From: an uncultured Candidatus Saccharibacteria bacterium
Lineage (GTDB): Bacteria; Patescibacteriota; Minisyncoccia; Phycocordibacterales; CAYGLL01
Assembly: GCA_964350935.1 (NCBI GenBank)
Contig: CAYGLL010000005.1
Location: 1,544-65,543 of the forward strand
DNA length: 64,000 bases
Reading direction: 5' to 3'
The notes under the pieces are model-generated. The model saw nothing but the letters and a program-made list of their open reading frames with translations, made no database searches and was not told where the DNA came from. The translations under genes were made by a program, and so were the position numbers. Of the stretch, positions 45,015-53,973 are shown piece by piece; position 1 is the first letter of the stretch; each line of letters begins with the position of its first letter.

Positions 45015-46994
45015 TTAATTTGCTGTTATTGTTGCACCATCAAGACGGAAGCTTTCGTTTCCACCATTAGAATCAGCTGAGAAACGAATAAAGAAGGTCG
45101 AGTTGTTAAGTGATGCCGGGAGATTGATTGTCTGAAGAACACTCCACGGCTCGGTTACGTTGTTATTTCCATCATCAAGCTCGTGAGATGCGAGTGCCGT
45201 CAACGTACCGGGTGCGGCACAGGTTCCGGAAGTAAAGTAACTCACAGATCCTGTTTCGTTGTCTTCTGCTTCTGTGTCTCCACGCCAGTAGTAGTTCAGT
45301 ACCAAATTACTCAAACCGGTAGCGTTCACACTGCGACACAGGTAACCATTGTTTCCTGACAAGAGACCGAAGCGTCCACCCTCAGGACTTACCGTATTGT
45401 CGCCACTTCCAGTAGCAGCTGCGACAGTGCCGTTGGTACAACTCTCACCTGCATCCTCGTCCCATCCTGGGATATCCGTAAGACACGTCCCCGTTCCAAA
45501 GTTTTCATTCAAAACTGTAGGACTTGGTGAAGGCGACGGGAGTGGAGATAGAGCGGGAATATCATCGTCATTCGTGATCGTACACGTAATTGCTTCACCT
45601 TCATCAAGAATGGCGGAACCGCCGAGAACAGCCGGGCATTTCGCACTTCCGGTAATTGAAACAAAGTGATATCCGGCGCGGCCATTTTCGTTAATGCTAT
45701 GGGGCGAGTTCGCTGAAACTGCAACTGAAGTATTGTTAGGAACAACAGCGTCATCAATTTTAAGACCCCAGGCAGAGTTTGCGGTTGCCGTACCGTTGTT
45801 ATCATTGATCACTGATTTAATGAGCGTGATATTGGCCGGGAGATCGTTGTTGGTGATGGTACAAACTTTTTCATCGCCGGGATTTAACGTAAGCTGACCT
45901 GACTCATCACAGTCACCGCTAAATGAAGCTACGTAACCCGAAACACCCGTTTCTGTAATCGTATAATTACCTTCAGCCACCAACGTTGGAACGTTTGATG
46001 TTACCGGAACTTCGTTAACACCATTATCAACAAAGAGTTGGAAGTCCGGCACGACGTTGTTTCCACCGTTGTCATTTGTCACCTCTTTGATGACCGTAAT
46101 CGTAGCCAAGCGCGGCTTCTCTCCCCCACAGAGAAAGTTAGGATTGTTGCGGGACTGAATGGCACGAAATGCAATATCGAGCGTGGCACCATCAGTCTGC
46201 GTCAGGTTATTGAGCGCAGTTCCGTCACAGGTTATCCCTGAAGCGATCGAAGGATTTACACCGCCTCCTTCGGCAACAGGACTTAGGCTCAGGTTTCCAA
46301 AGCACCATGCTTTTGCAATGTAGGTGGTTGTGTTTGCAATAACTGGTCCCGGAATGTCGGTCCAAACATTGTGTTCGCTGTCCGCAAGTGCGACTGAGAA
46401 CGGACCGGTGGTTGAGGCGAGTGCAAACAGTGTCTGAATCCCACTTGAAACTGTTTGCTCATCAGCCTCATACACATTGTCACCGTCATCCGCCCACCAG
46501 AAGAACTGGAGATTCTGCGCAAGTTCGCCGTCCCAGGTATTGTTGATGTTTTCCGGCGTATCGCCGTCAACCAATTCCGGCTCGCTTGATGAGCGATCAT
46601 CGTTTGAGGTCAAGGAAACATCCATGCATGCCCATGCATCGTTTTGAACATGGAGCGAGATCGTATCTTCACTCTCATCATCAGGCTTAAGATCAGTGAA
46701 GTTGAAAAAGAGACGGCCGTTTGAAAGATCATCTAAATTCCAGCTTGTGGTACAGGTTGTTCCAGAAACCGGATACGGGGCCGTACCAACCCACTGCCAG
46801 ACATTCTCCTCAACTTCCGTACAACGATTACCGTTGTAGTAGCTGTCGTTATCAACCTTAAGGTCGATCGATCCCGCGGCAAAGGTGTTGCCGGTTGAAG
46901 ACTCGGTGTCGCTGAAGAATGCACCGGTTGCGCCTGAGGCGATAACCGCCGCCGCTCCACCAATGAATATGAGACTTAAAATAATTCGTCGCAT
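45015..46994 (-). CDS. TasA/camelysin-like secreted protein with additional Ig-like C-terminal domains
   Basis: 659 aa. N-terminal GATGAFFSDTESSTGNTFAAGSIDLKVD is a textbook SipW-cognate signal peptide. The TasA-like core (FFNFTDLKPDDESEDTISLHVQNDAWACMDVSL...FFWWADDGDNVYE...ITCDGT) is followed by ~300 aa of beta-rich domains. Confidence 0.65.
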   Translation of the reverse strand: MRRIILSLIFIGGAAAVIASGATGAFFSDTESSTGNTFAAGSIDLKVDNDSYYNGNRCTEVEENVWQWVGTAPYPVSGTTCTTSWNLDDLSNGRLFFNFTDLKPDDESEDTISLHVQNDAWACMDVSLTSNDDRSSSEPELVDGDTPENINNTWDGELAQNLQFFWWADDGDNVYEADEQTVSSGIQTLFALASTTGPFSVALADSEHNVWTDIPGPVIANTTTYIAKAWCFGNLSLSPVAEGGGVNPSIASGITCDGTALNNLTQTDGATLDIAFRAIQSRNNPNFLCGGEKPRLATITVIKEVTNDNGGNNVVPDFQLFVDNGVNEVPVTSNVPTLVAEGNYTITETGVSGYVASFSGDCDESGQLTLNPGDEKVCTITNNDLPANITLIKSVINDNNGTATANSAWGLKIDDAVVPNNTSVAVSANSPHSINENGRAGYHFVSITGSAKCPAVLGGSAILDEGEAITCTITNDDDIPALSPLPSPSPSPTVLNENFGTGTCLTDIPGWDEDAGESCTNGTVAAATGSGDNTVSPEGGRFGLLSGNNGYLCRSVNATGLSNLVLNYYWRGDTEAEDNETGSVSYFTSGTCAAPGTLTALASHELDDGNNNVTEPWSVLQTINLPASLNNSTFFIRFSADSNGGNESFRLDGATITAN

Positions 46995-47136
46995 AATTTC
47001 TAATAATTTATCCCCCGCTTTGGTTCCCTCAAATGGAGTTTGTTAATAATTAATATAAACTGCACTTTCGTTTACAACCCGTCGCGCGCCACAGTACGTG
47101 ACGCGCAAGCCGGTTATAAGCGAATAGCTTAGAAAA

Positions 47137-48309
47137 CTAGTTTGGTAGGAGTGAAACCGAGTTCGTAATGGTACACGTCGGGTTAACACCTGCCACTACG
47201 TTCATCGTTCCTACGCCAGTGTCTCCAACTTCAGAACATCCACCGCTAAATGACGCGTTGAACGTCACGTTAGCTGGATCACCAGAATAGACTTCAGAAA
47301 TTGAGTACGTTCCAATCGGAAGACCTGCGGTCGCAGCTTCGTCAGCTACAACTTGTGGAGCTCCTGGTCCGTCAATAGTGAGAGTAAAGTCGGTTACATC
47401 AACTCCTGCAATTTGCTGGTTTGAGAAAGTAACAATCTTATCAACTGTCACCGTTGCTGTCTCTTGCGGAGGAGGTGTCGGGGTTACTTCTGGATTACAG
47501 AGGAAGTTTTCGTTGTTTCGTGACTGAACTGCGTCAAACGAAACATCGACTGAAATTCCATCAGTCTGACCGATGTTAGTTGCCTCAGAACCATCACAAA
47601 CAAAACCTGTTCCAACAGTGAGTGGACTGCGTCCTTCTTCAGCGCCAGCTACAACAGGTGATGCTGTAATTTCACCGTAACACCAGTACTTCGCAATATA
47701 GCGGGTACTGTCGCCCGGGAGAACCTCCTCACCCCAGACATTGTTGTCTGAGTCAGCAAGTGCCCACGTACCATTGTTTGCGGCAAAGAGGGTTGCAGCG
47801 CTTCCCTCTGCAAAGATGGTCTCACCAACTTCGTACACATTGTCACCGTCATCACCCCACCAAGCGAAGTTGAGTTCGTTTTGGAGCTCGCCATCTGGGC
47901 CATCATCCTGAAGATCTCCCTCAGGTTCTGTGACCGTGTTCTCAGGGGTTGCTGTCAACGTAACATCCATACAAGCGTATGAATCGTTATTGTTCACGTG
48001 AAGTGAAATAGTGTCCTCGCCAATATCTCCTGGCTTTACGTCAGTAAAGTTAAAGAAAAGTTCGTTGGTAAGATCTGCAAGTGCCCATGAGGTTGCTGAA
48101 CTCAAAGCTAACGCTCCTGTTGGATCTACAAATCCTGGAATTGTGTAGTCAGTTGCGTAACTTGTGTTATCGATTTGTAAATCAATCTCTCCAGCGGCAA
48201 ACGTGTTGCCGGTTGAAGTTTCTGAGTCCGAAAAGAATGCACCGGTTGCGCCGACAGCGAGGGCGCCGACGAAGGTGATCATTCCCAGACCAATTAATAT
48301 TTTTCGCAT
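47137..48309 (-). CDS. TasA/camelysin-like secreted protein
   Basis: 390 aa. N-terminal GATGAFFSDSETSTGNTFAAGEIDLQID SipW-cognate signal. The same core blocks as 45015-46994 (FFNFTDVKPGDIGEDTISLHVNNNDSYACMDVTL, FAWWGDDGDNVYE, FVCDGS...QTDGISVDVSFDAVQSRNNENFLC). Confidence 0.65.
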   Translation of the reverse strand: MRKILIGLGMITFVGALAVGATGAFFSDSETSTGNTFAAGEIDLQIDNTSYATDYTIPGFVDPTGALALSSATSWALADLTNELFFNFTDVKPGDIGEDTISLHVNNNDSYACMDVTLTATPENTVTEPEGDLQDDGPDGELQNELNFAWWGDDGDNVYEVGETIFAEGSAATLFAANNGTWALADSDNNVWGEEVLPGDSTRYIAKYWCYGEITASPVVAGAEEGRSPLTVGTGFVCDGSEATNIGQTDGISVDVSFDAVQSRNNENFLCNPEVTPTPPPQETATVTVDKIVTFSNQQIAGVDVTDFTLTIDGPGAPQVVADEAATAGLPIGTYSISEVYSGDPANVTFNASFSGGCSEVGDTGVGTMNVVAGVNPTCTITNSVSLLPN

Positions 48310-48492
48310 TGTTAATTCAATTAAGATACTACTTATAATTTATTTCCCCCGACCACTCATCAAGACTCGATAGACTTTCACTGGCTGATTCAGGACCATA
48401 CTGCGATGAAGTCCTGATCAGTGCGGGGGTTACTAATTCCTCCTGCATTCCACACACAGAATTACCTGCGTCGACCTATGGAATGTGCTGCA

Positions 48493-48537
48493 GTCGGGGA
48501 AAACGAGAGAATAAGGCTTTCCATCGTTTTCCCCGAC
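48493..48537. promoter_or_regulatory. Perfect 14-bp-stem hairpin in the 620-bp non-coding region upstream of the TasA-like cluster
   Basis: GTCGGGGAAAACGA-(17 nt)-TCGTTTTCCCCGAC. The surrounding region 48310-48935 has only short overlapping ORFs of poor coding character. Confidence 0.3.
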
Positions 48538-48935
48538 AACGCAAAACGGCCCTCGGTGGTCGAGAGCCTGACAACTTACAAACAAGAAACTTTAAAGGTA
48601 CACACGCGAACAAAGAACATGACAGTTCAAAGAGAACTAATAAGAGCTCACGTGCGGTTTCCCGGCGCACAGGTATCAAGTGTGCTGCCAAGCGGTGCAC
48701 CTCGTCAATGATTTTTTTGGTTTTTTCGCACGATGAAAAACGTAAGTCCTTGAGTGTCAATCGCTGTCCTTGTGACCCATGTAGAAATCAACCGATGAGC
48801 CACAAAAAACTTTGTCCTCAAGAGCGTCTCTGAAAAAAAAATTAAAAATACGTTTTTCTAAAAAACGAGTGCCTCACTGCAGCTCAACTTATCAACGTCT
48901 GATCCACAGTCTTTCCCCAGACTTTTCCCCTTTTA

Positions 48936-49619
48936 TCACAAGCTTCCAGATTCGATGGAAAGAATTTTTCCGTCGCGAAGCGTCACGACGCGGTCGGCAA
49001 GCTTGGTGTATTCCTCTTCGTGAGTCACCATAACGATGGTCTGTCCGCCACGATTCAAGTCGACGAAAAGGTCAATAATCTTCTGAGCGCTTTCACTATC
49101 AAGGTTTGCGGTCGGTTCATCGGCAAAAACAATTTTTGGTTTGTCGGCAATGGCACGAGCAACAGAAACACGCTGCTGCTCCCCACCAGAAAGCTGTGAG
49201 GGTAGATTGTTGAGCTTCGTACCTATTCCTACCTTAACGAGTGCCTGTAAAGCCTTATGCAGAGCCTCTTTTTTGGTATTCCCTTTCATAAGAAGCGGCG
49301 CCATAATGTTTTCCGATGCGGTAAGTTCGGGCACCAGAGCGTAATCTTGGAAAATGTAGCCGAGTTCGGTAAGCCGGATATACGTACGTTCTTTTTGGCT
49401 CAAAGCTGTCATATCACGATTTTCAAGAAGAATTGTTCCTGAGGTCGGGTGATCCAAGAGCCCCAACTGGTAGAGAAGCGTGGACTTTCCGGCACCGGAG
49501 CGACCGATAATCATAAGGAATTCTCCGTCGTTGATCTTAAGCGAGACATCGTTCAACACGGTCTGATCCTGCTGACCATTGTGGAAACTTTTGATGATGT
49601 TTTTTGCTTCTATAGACAT
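48936..49619 (-). CDS. ABC transporter ATP-binding protein (MacB/FtsE-like)
   Basis: Walker A GRSGAGKSTLLYQLGLLD, signature LSGGEQQRVSVARAI, Walker B IVFADEPTANLD. Confidence 0.9.
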   Translation of the reverse strand: MSIEAKNIIKSFHNGQQDQTVLNDVSLKINDGEFLMIIGRSGAGKSTLLYQLGLLDHPTSGTILLENRDMTALSQKERTYIRLTELGYIFQDYALVPELTASENIMAPLLMKGNTKKEALHKALQALVKVGIGTKLNNLPSQLSGGEQQRVSVARAIADKPKIVFADEPTANLDSESAQKIIDLFVDLNRGGQTIVMVTHEEEYTKLADRVVTLRDGKILSIESGSL

Positions 49620-49630
49620 GGCACTTTAAA

Positions 49631-50899
49631 TTAACGTCCGAGTATCGCGTCGAGTGTATTCTGTCGTACGACTATTTTTGCCGGAACGTACCCTGCGATA
49701 AGAGTTGCGAGAAAGAGAATGCCGGCACGCGTGAGAGTTCCGGGAACAGTTGCGACTAAAATACCGTCACTAAACGGAAAGTTGATCGGGTGCGCAGCAA
49801 TAAACGGCTGAAGAAAACCAAAAACCAAGAGAAACCCCAGACTGGTTCCGACGAAGGCGTAAAAGAGCGATTGCGTTATGTAGGCAACCTCGATCGCGAG
49901 ACCCTCGATGCCGACACCCTTCAAAATGCCGATAAACTTTCGACGCGTAATGGCGTTGATAAAAATAACAATGAAAACAGTAATGACTGCAACTGCAAGA
50001 CCAATCGCGCTGATCATGTTTCCCAAAAGCGCAAAGGTTGCTTTAATATCTTTCAAAAATTTAGGTTGTGCATCTTCATAGGTCTGCACATCAGCGTAAC
50101 TACCAAAACCATAGGACAAGAAAAGTTCTTTGATCGTTATGGGATCAACGCCGGGCTTTAATTTCACTGCAATCTCGTCAACATTGTGATCAGTGCGGCC
50201 AATTAATGTGCGCACCTCTGAATCGACCATAAACACACGTCGATCAATTTCATCGATCTTACTTTTGGTAATACCTTTCACCGTTACCTCGCGAAGTATT
50301 CCGTTAACTTCAAGTCGGACTTTTGAGCCGAGTTCTACGTCACGGAGCGTTGTAAAACCTTCAAACTCATCAGGAAAATATTTTTTCAGAAGCTGTGAAC
50401 CAATGATGATTTGGTCGTAATCATCAGGTTCTAAATACTCACCCTCTATAAGAAGCGTTGAAAGTCCAGTTACTGCATCTTCGGCAACCGGATCGATACC
50501 GGTAATGTTGGTGCCGGCCTTTTCAGGAAGATCGGTTGGACGTTTGGTAGTTTTGTAGTTTGCCTCCACACTTCCTCCCTCACTATAGCGAGCCGTATAG
50601 CGTTCAATTCCCGGTGTGTGTTCGATCGTGTCGATAATCTCATTTGAGTGTTCGATGTATTGCTTGGCTTTGAGATTGTTCAAAATAAGATCGCTCGTGT
50701 AGTGAGTCCGAGCCGCTTCAACTGATCCTTCGATAAGCCCCACCAAGATACCACTCACAACAACCAAGTTCAAAAAGGTAAGGGTCATGATAAGGATAAT
50801 GAGCCCTGTTGTCCATTTACTGCTACGCCGTACCTGACGTAGTGCTAGGAATAGCCCGACGCGCAATGCTCGGCCGTGTGTAGTGAGATATTCCATCAA
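49631..50899 (-). CDS. ABC transporter permease, MacB/FtsX family
   Basis: 422 aa. N-terminal TM, ~230-aa extracytoplasmic domain, and a C-terminal FtsX-type TM bundle (TRRKFIGILKGVGIEG...). Confidence 0.8.
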   Translation of the reverse strand: MMEYLTTHGRALRVGLFLALRQVRRSSKWTTGLIILIMTLTFLNLVVVSGILVGLIEGSVEAARTHYTSDLILNNLKAKQYIEHSNEIIDTIEHTPGIERYTARYSEGGSVEANYKTTKRPTDLPEKAGTNITGIDPVAEDAVTGLSTLLIEGEYLEPDDYDQIIIGSQLLKKYFPDEFEGFTTLRDVELGSKVRLEVNGILREVTVKGITKSKIDEIDRRVFMVDSEVRTLIGRTDHNVDEIAVKLKPGVDPITIKELFLSYGFGSYADVQTYEDAQPKFLKDIKATFALLGNMISAIGLAVAVITVFIVIFINAITRRKFIGILKGVGIEGLAIEVAYITQSLFYAFVGTSLGFLLVFGFLQPFIAAHPINFPFSDGILVATVPGTLTRAGILFLATLIAGYVPAKIVVRQNTLDAILGR

Positions 50900-52462
50900 T
50901 TATTTAGTCGGCGGAACGATCACGGTGTCGCCTTCGTTTAAGCCGAAGACAACTTCAACCAACGCATCACCACCGCGAAGTCCTGTCTTCACCATTACTT
51001 CTTCCTGCGTCTCTCCGCGAATCAGCGTTACCTTCTTCTCGCCATTAATCGTCGTGACAGCTTTTTGAGGAATGAGGAGAATGCCAGTTTTTGAATGTAC
51101 GGCGATATCGATGTTTGCGGTCATACCACTTTTAATACGTGGATCCTGATTTATAAATTCAAAGGTGACCTTGTAGGTCGGAACTCCGTCGACGATTGTT
51201 TCTCCCGGTTCAAGCGTCACTACTTTGGCCTCGAAGAATGTCTCTGAGCCGTAGGCATCAAGTGTTACTGAAGCAGTGTTGCCAACCGCGAGCTTTGCAA
51301 TATCAGCCTCGGCAACATTTGCCTCAATTTTAAAGTGCCCATCTGAAATGAGCGTAATGACAGAAGTATTTGCCGGCAGGATTTCACCGGTATGTGCTTC
51401 TTGTTTAACGACAACACCGGTAAACGGAGCGCGGATAATACTTTTTTCGAGTGCGGCAGAGGCATTCTTCACTTCAGCCCGCGCGTAATCAAGTGCCGCT
51501 TCTTCAGCTCTGATATTTTCTGCGGTGCTCCCTGCCTGCTTGAGAGCGAGTTCATGTTTTGATGTTGCAAGAGCATTCGCGGCACTGCGGTATTTTTCTT
51601 CTGCAGCAGTAAGACCTGTAACGCCCGTGTTCAAATTAGTACGTGCCGTTGAAACATTTGATTTGTACGTATCAATCGTTGTTTGCGAAAGTGTTGCGGT
51701 TGGAGTGAGGCCGTTTACCAAAAGTCCTACTTTCTCGAGAAAGAGACGTGTCTGTTCAAGATCATCCTTACTTTCTTTAAGTATAGCGTCGAAATTGGCC
51801 GAAGCTACTGACGTTGAACGCGCACTCTGTTCCCACGCGACAAGGACTGCCTCAATTTTAACGCGACCATTCTTTACGTCATTGTTGAGCTGATTATCAG
51901 GAGAGTTTGCAACTAATTCAGGATTGGTTGAGCGTGGGTTGGTAAACATGACATCAACCTTGTTGCGGACCGCATCATCAGAGCGCGTGTACGCGTCGAC
52001 AATACTGTCCACTAGAGATCGTTTTGCATCTTCAAGCGCAATTTCGGCGCTCGCTACCTGCGATTCAGAAACCTGCAGTTCCTCGGGACGAGTACCGCGT
52101 ACCAATTCCGCGAGCTTTGCTTCTTCCTTTTTAACGTTGGCGCGCGCCTGATCGAGCGAAGCCGAGAGATCGCCATTTTCTATTGAGAGTAAACGTTGTC
52201 CGGCAACCACAGAGTCTCCTACCTCAACGCCAATCCAGGAAATGCGACCTCCACGTTCAAGGCCAAGTGACGCATTGTTAACAGCCTTCACTCGTCCGGT
52301 CACACTCACCTCCTGAGAAATATCGCCGCGCACAACCGTAGCAACACTCAGGTCATTTGAACCATTTTTAAATGAGGCAACGATAGCAATCAAAATAATA
52401 AGGACAACAACCCCGATGACGAGGTGGGTTTTAGCGAGGCCAGCATTGGTGGTTTGTTTCAT
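50900..52462 (-). CDS. Membrane-fusion / periplasmic adaptor protein (HlyD/MacA/YknX-like) with long coiled-coil hairpin
   Basis: 520 aa. N-terminal TM. Biotin-lipoyl-like lobes (ATVVRGDISQEVSVTGRVKA...QRLLSIENGDLSASL and, at the C-terminus, SDGHFKIEANVAEADIAKL). A ~250-aa central alpha-helical coiled coil. A C-terminal beta-barrel-like region. It abuts the permease gene (stop/start adjacent). Confidence 0.7.
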   Translation of the reverse strand: MKQTTNAGLAKTHLVIGVVVLIILIAIVASFKNGSNDLSVATVVRGDISQEVSVTGRVKAVNNASLGLERGGRISWIGVEVGDSVVAGQRLLSIENGDLSASLDQARANVKKEEAKLAELVRGTRPEELQVSESQVASAEIALEDAKRSLVDSIVDAYTRSDDAVRNKVDVMFTNPRSTNPELVANSPDNQLNNDVKNGRVKIEAVLVAWEQSARSTSVASANFDAILKESKDDLEQTRLFLEKVGLLVNGLTPTATLSQTTIDTYKSNVSTARTNLNTGVTGLTAAEEKYRSAANALATSKHELALKQAGSTAENIRAEEAALDYARAEVKNASAALEKSIIRAPFTGVVVKQEAHTGEILPANTSVITLISDGHFKIEANVAEADIAKLAVGNTASVTLDAYGSETFFEAKVVTLEPGETIVDGVPTYKVTFEFINQDPRIKSGMTANIDIAVHSKTGILLIPQKAVTTINGEKKVTLIRGETQEEVMVKTGLRGGDALVEVVFGLNEGDTVIVPPTK

Positions 52463-52579
52463 GGAGTATATAAATAATTAACGGTGGAGCCATCATACAA
52501 TAAGTATGAAAAATACGGAACTCCCCCGCTTTTTCGTGAAAAAGCGGGGGAGTTTCTCAAGTTAGTCGCGCCAAACGTC

Positions 52580-53884
52580 TTAACTTACGATACGACTGAT
52601 CTCTTCAAGCGTGGTGACGCCGAGACGAACTTTTTCAAGTGCATCCTCACGGAGCGTCTTCATGCCGACCTCTTCCATATGGGTTTCGAGTTCTTTCATC
52701 GGCACATTTTGTACGATTGATGAGCGCATAATGTCGTCGAACTCAAAGATTTCAAAAACACCAATGCGTCCCAAAAATCCGGTGTGATCACACTTCTCGC
52801 ACCCGGCTCCTTTCATAAATTTCCAGCCACTCTCACGCAACGCAAACTGATCTACCAGTTTGTCGCTCGGTGTATAGGGAGCAACACAGGTTTTACACAC
52901 CCGGCGTACGAGACGCTGTGAAATAACACCGTTGATAGCATAGGCGATCATGGCACGCTCGATGTTCATATCAATGAGACGTGCAATCGTACCAACCGTA
53001 TTATTCGAGTGGATCGTCGAACCGACAATGCGGCCAACCAACGAAATACTAATTGCGTTTTCAGCCGCAACCCTGTCGCGGATCTCACCGATCATCAAAA
53101 TATCGGGGTCCTGGCGCAACATGGAACGTAGTGCGCTGTCAAAATCAAAACCGCGTTCAGGCTTGAGCTCGCTTTGGCGCAACCACTCAAGGTGAAACTC
53201 AACCGGGTCTTCAAGTGTCATGATATTTTTTACATCACTCTTCATTTCCTGCATCAGTGAATACAATGTGGTGGTTTTACCTGCACCAACCGGACCCGTG
53301 ATCAAAATCATGCCGTAATCTTTGGAAATGATTGACTGAACTTTTTCAAGCGCATGCTCGTCCATTCCCAACTGATTCAAGGTCATCAAAGCGTCGAGAC
53401 GATTCAAAAGCCTCGCAACCAAAATCTCACCATTAACACTCGGAAAAACCGAAACACGAATATCGAGCACTCGTTGCTGCTCGTGGTGCTGCGGTTCCAC
53501 CTGCGGATGAGTCGCCGCCTTTTTATTAAGTGCTTTGAAATTTTCAGCTATTTCATCGTATGCCGACTTGTCGGAGTGGTGTGCTTCTTTCTTTTGGCTC
53601 TCGTCGACACGCTCGTAAAGTTCAAAGTGGCCGTCTTGAGGACGTTCACGATTTGCAATATCAAGGTTTGCCGCAACCTTGATCGTGTTGATGATCTGAT
53701 CCGCCTCATATCGTGGGAGACTCCAGCGGTTTTGGAGAGCGCCATCGATACGGAAACGAATGCGCATAACATTCATTAATTGCTCAAAGTGAATGTCGGA
53801 GGTTCTGTCGTGAATGGCGCGATCAAAAATGTAGGCCACAAATTCTTCCGGACTCATCTCTTTGTTTTCCTCTTTTACAAACAT
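52580..53884 (-). CDS. Type II/IV secretion-system ATPase (PilB/GspE family)
   Basis: 434 aa. Walker A ILITGPVGAGKTTTL, Asp box, Walker B DPDILMIGEIRD, His box (GSTIHSNNTVG), and a C-terminal tetra-Cys (CKTCVAPY...GAGCEKCDHTGF). The N-terminal domain is short compared with canonical PilB. Confidence 0.85.
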   Translation of the reverse strand: MFVKEENKEMSPEEFVAYIFDRAIHDRTSDIHFEQLMNVMRIRFRIDGALQNRWSLPRYEADQIINTIKVAANLDIANRERPQDGHFELYERVDESQKKEAHHSDKSAYDEIAENFKALNKKAATHPQVEPQHHEQQRVLDIRVSVFPSVNGEILVARLLNRLDALMTLNQLGMDEHALEKVQSIISKDYGMILITGPVGAGKTTTLYSLMQEMKSDVKNIMTLEDPVEFHLEWLRQSELKPERGFDFDSALRSMLRQDPDILMIGEIRDRVAAENAISISLVGRIVGSTIHSNNTVGTIARLIDMNIERAMIAYAINGVISQRLVRRVCKTCVAPYTPSDKLVDQFALRESGWKFMKGAGCEKCDHTGFLGRIGVFEIFEFDDIMRSSIVQNVPMKELETHMEEVGMKTLREDALEKVRLGVTTLEEISRIVS

Positions 53885-53973
53885 AGTGTGTGAAATTAAC
53901 TTTCTTTAAGTATACAACGTATACACCCCTTTCAGAGCAAGAACTGGGGAGAAAAACTGCACCCATGAATTTC

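Noticed and set aside
48421-48833. Three mutually overlapping small ORFs (96, 94 and 116 aa) in the 620-bp spacer upstream of the TasA-like cluster
   Set aside because: They overlap on both strands and are Arg/Cys/Ser/Lys-rich with no hydrophobic core pattern. The region is more plausibly a promoter or 5'-leader region. It was kept as a non-coding region with a hairpin.
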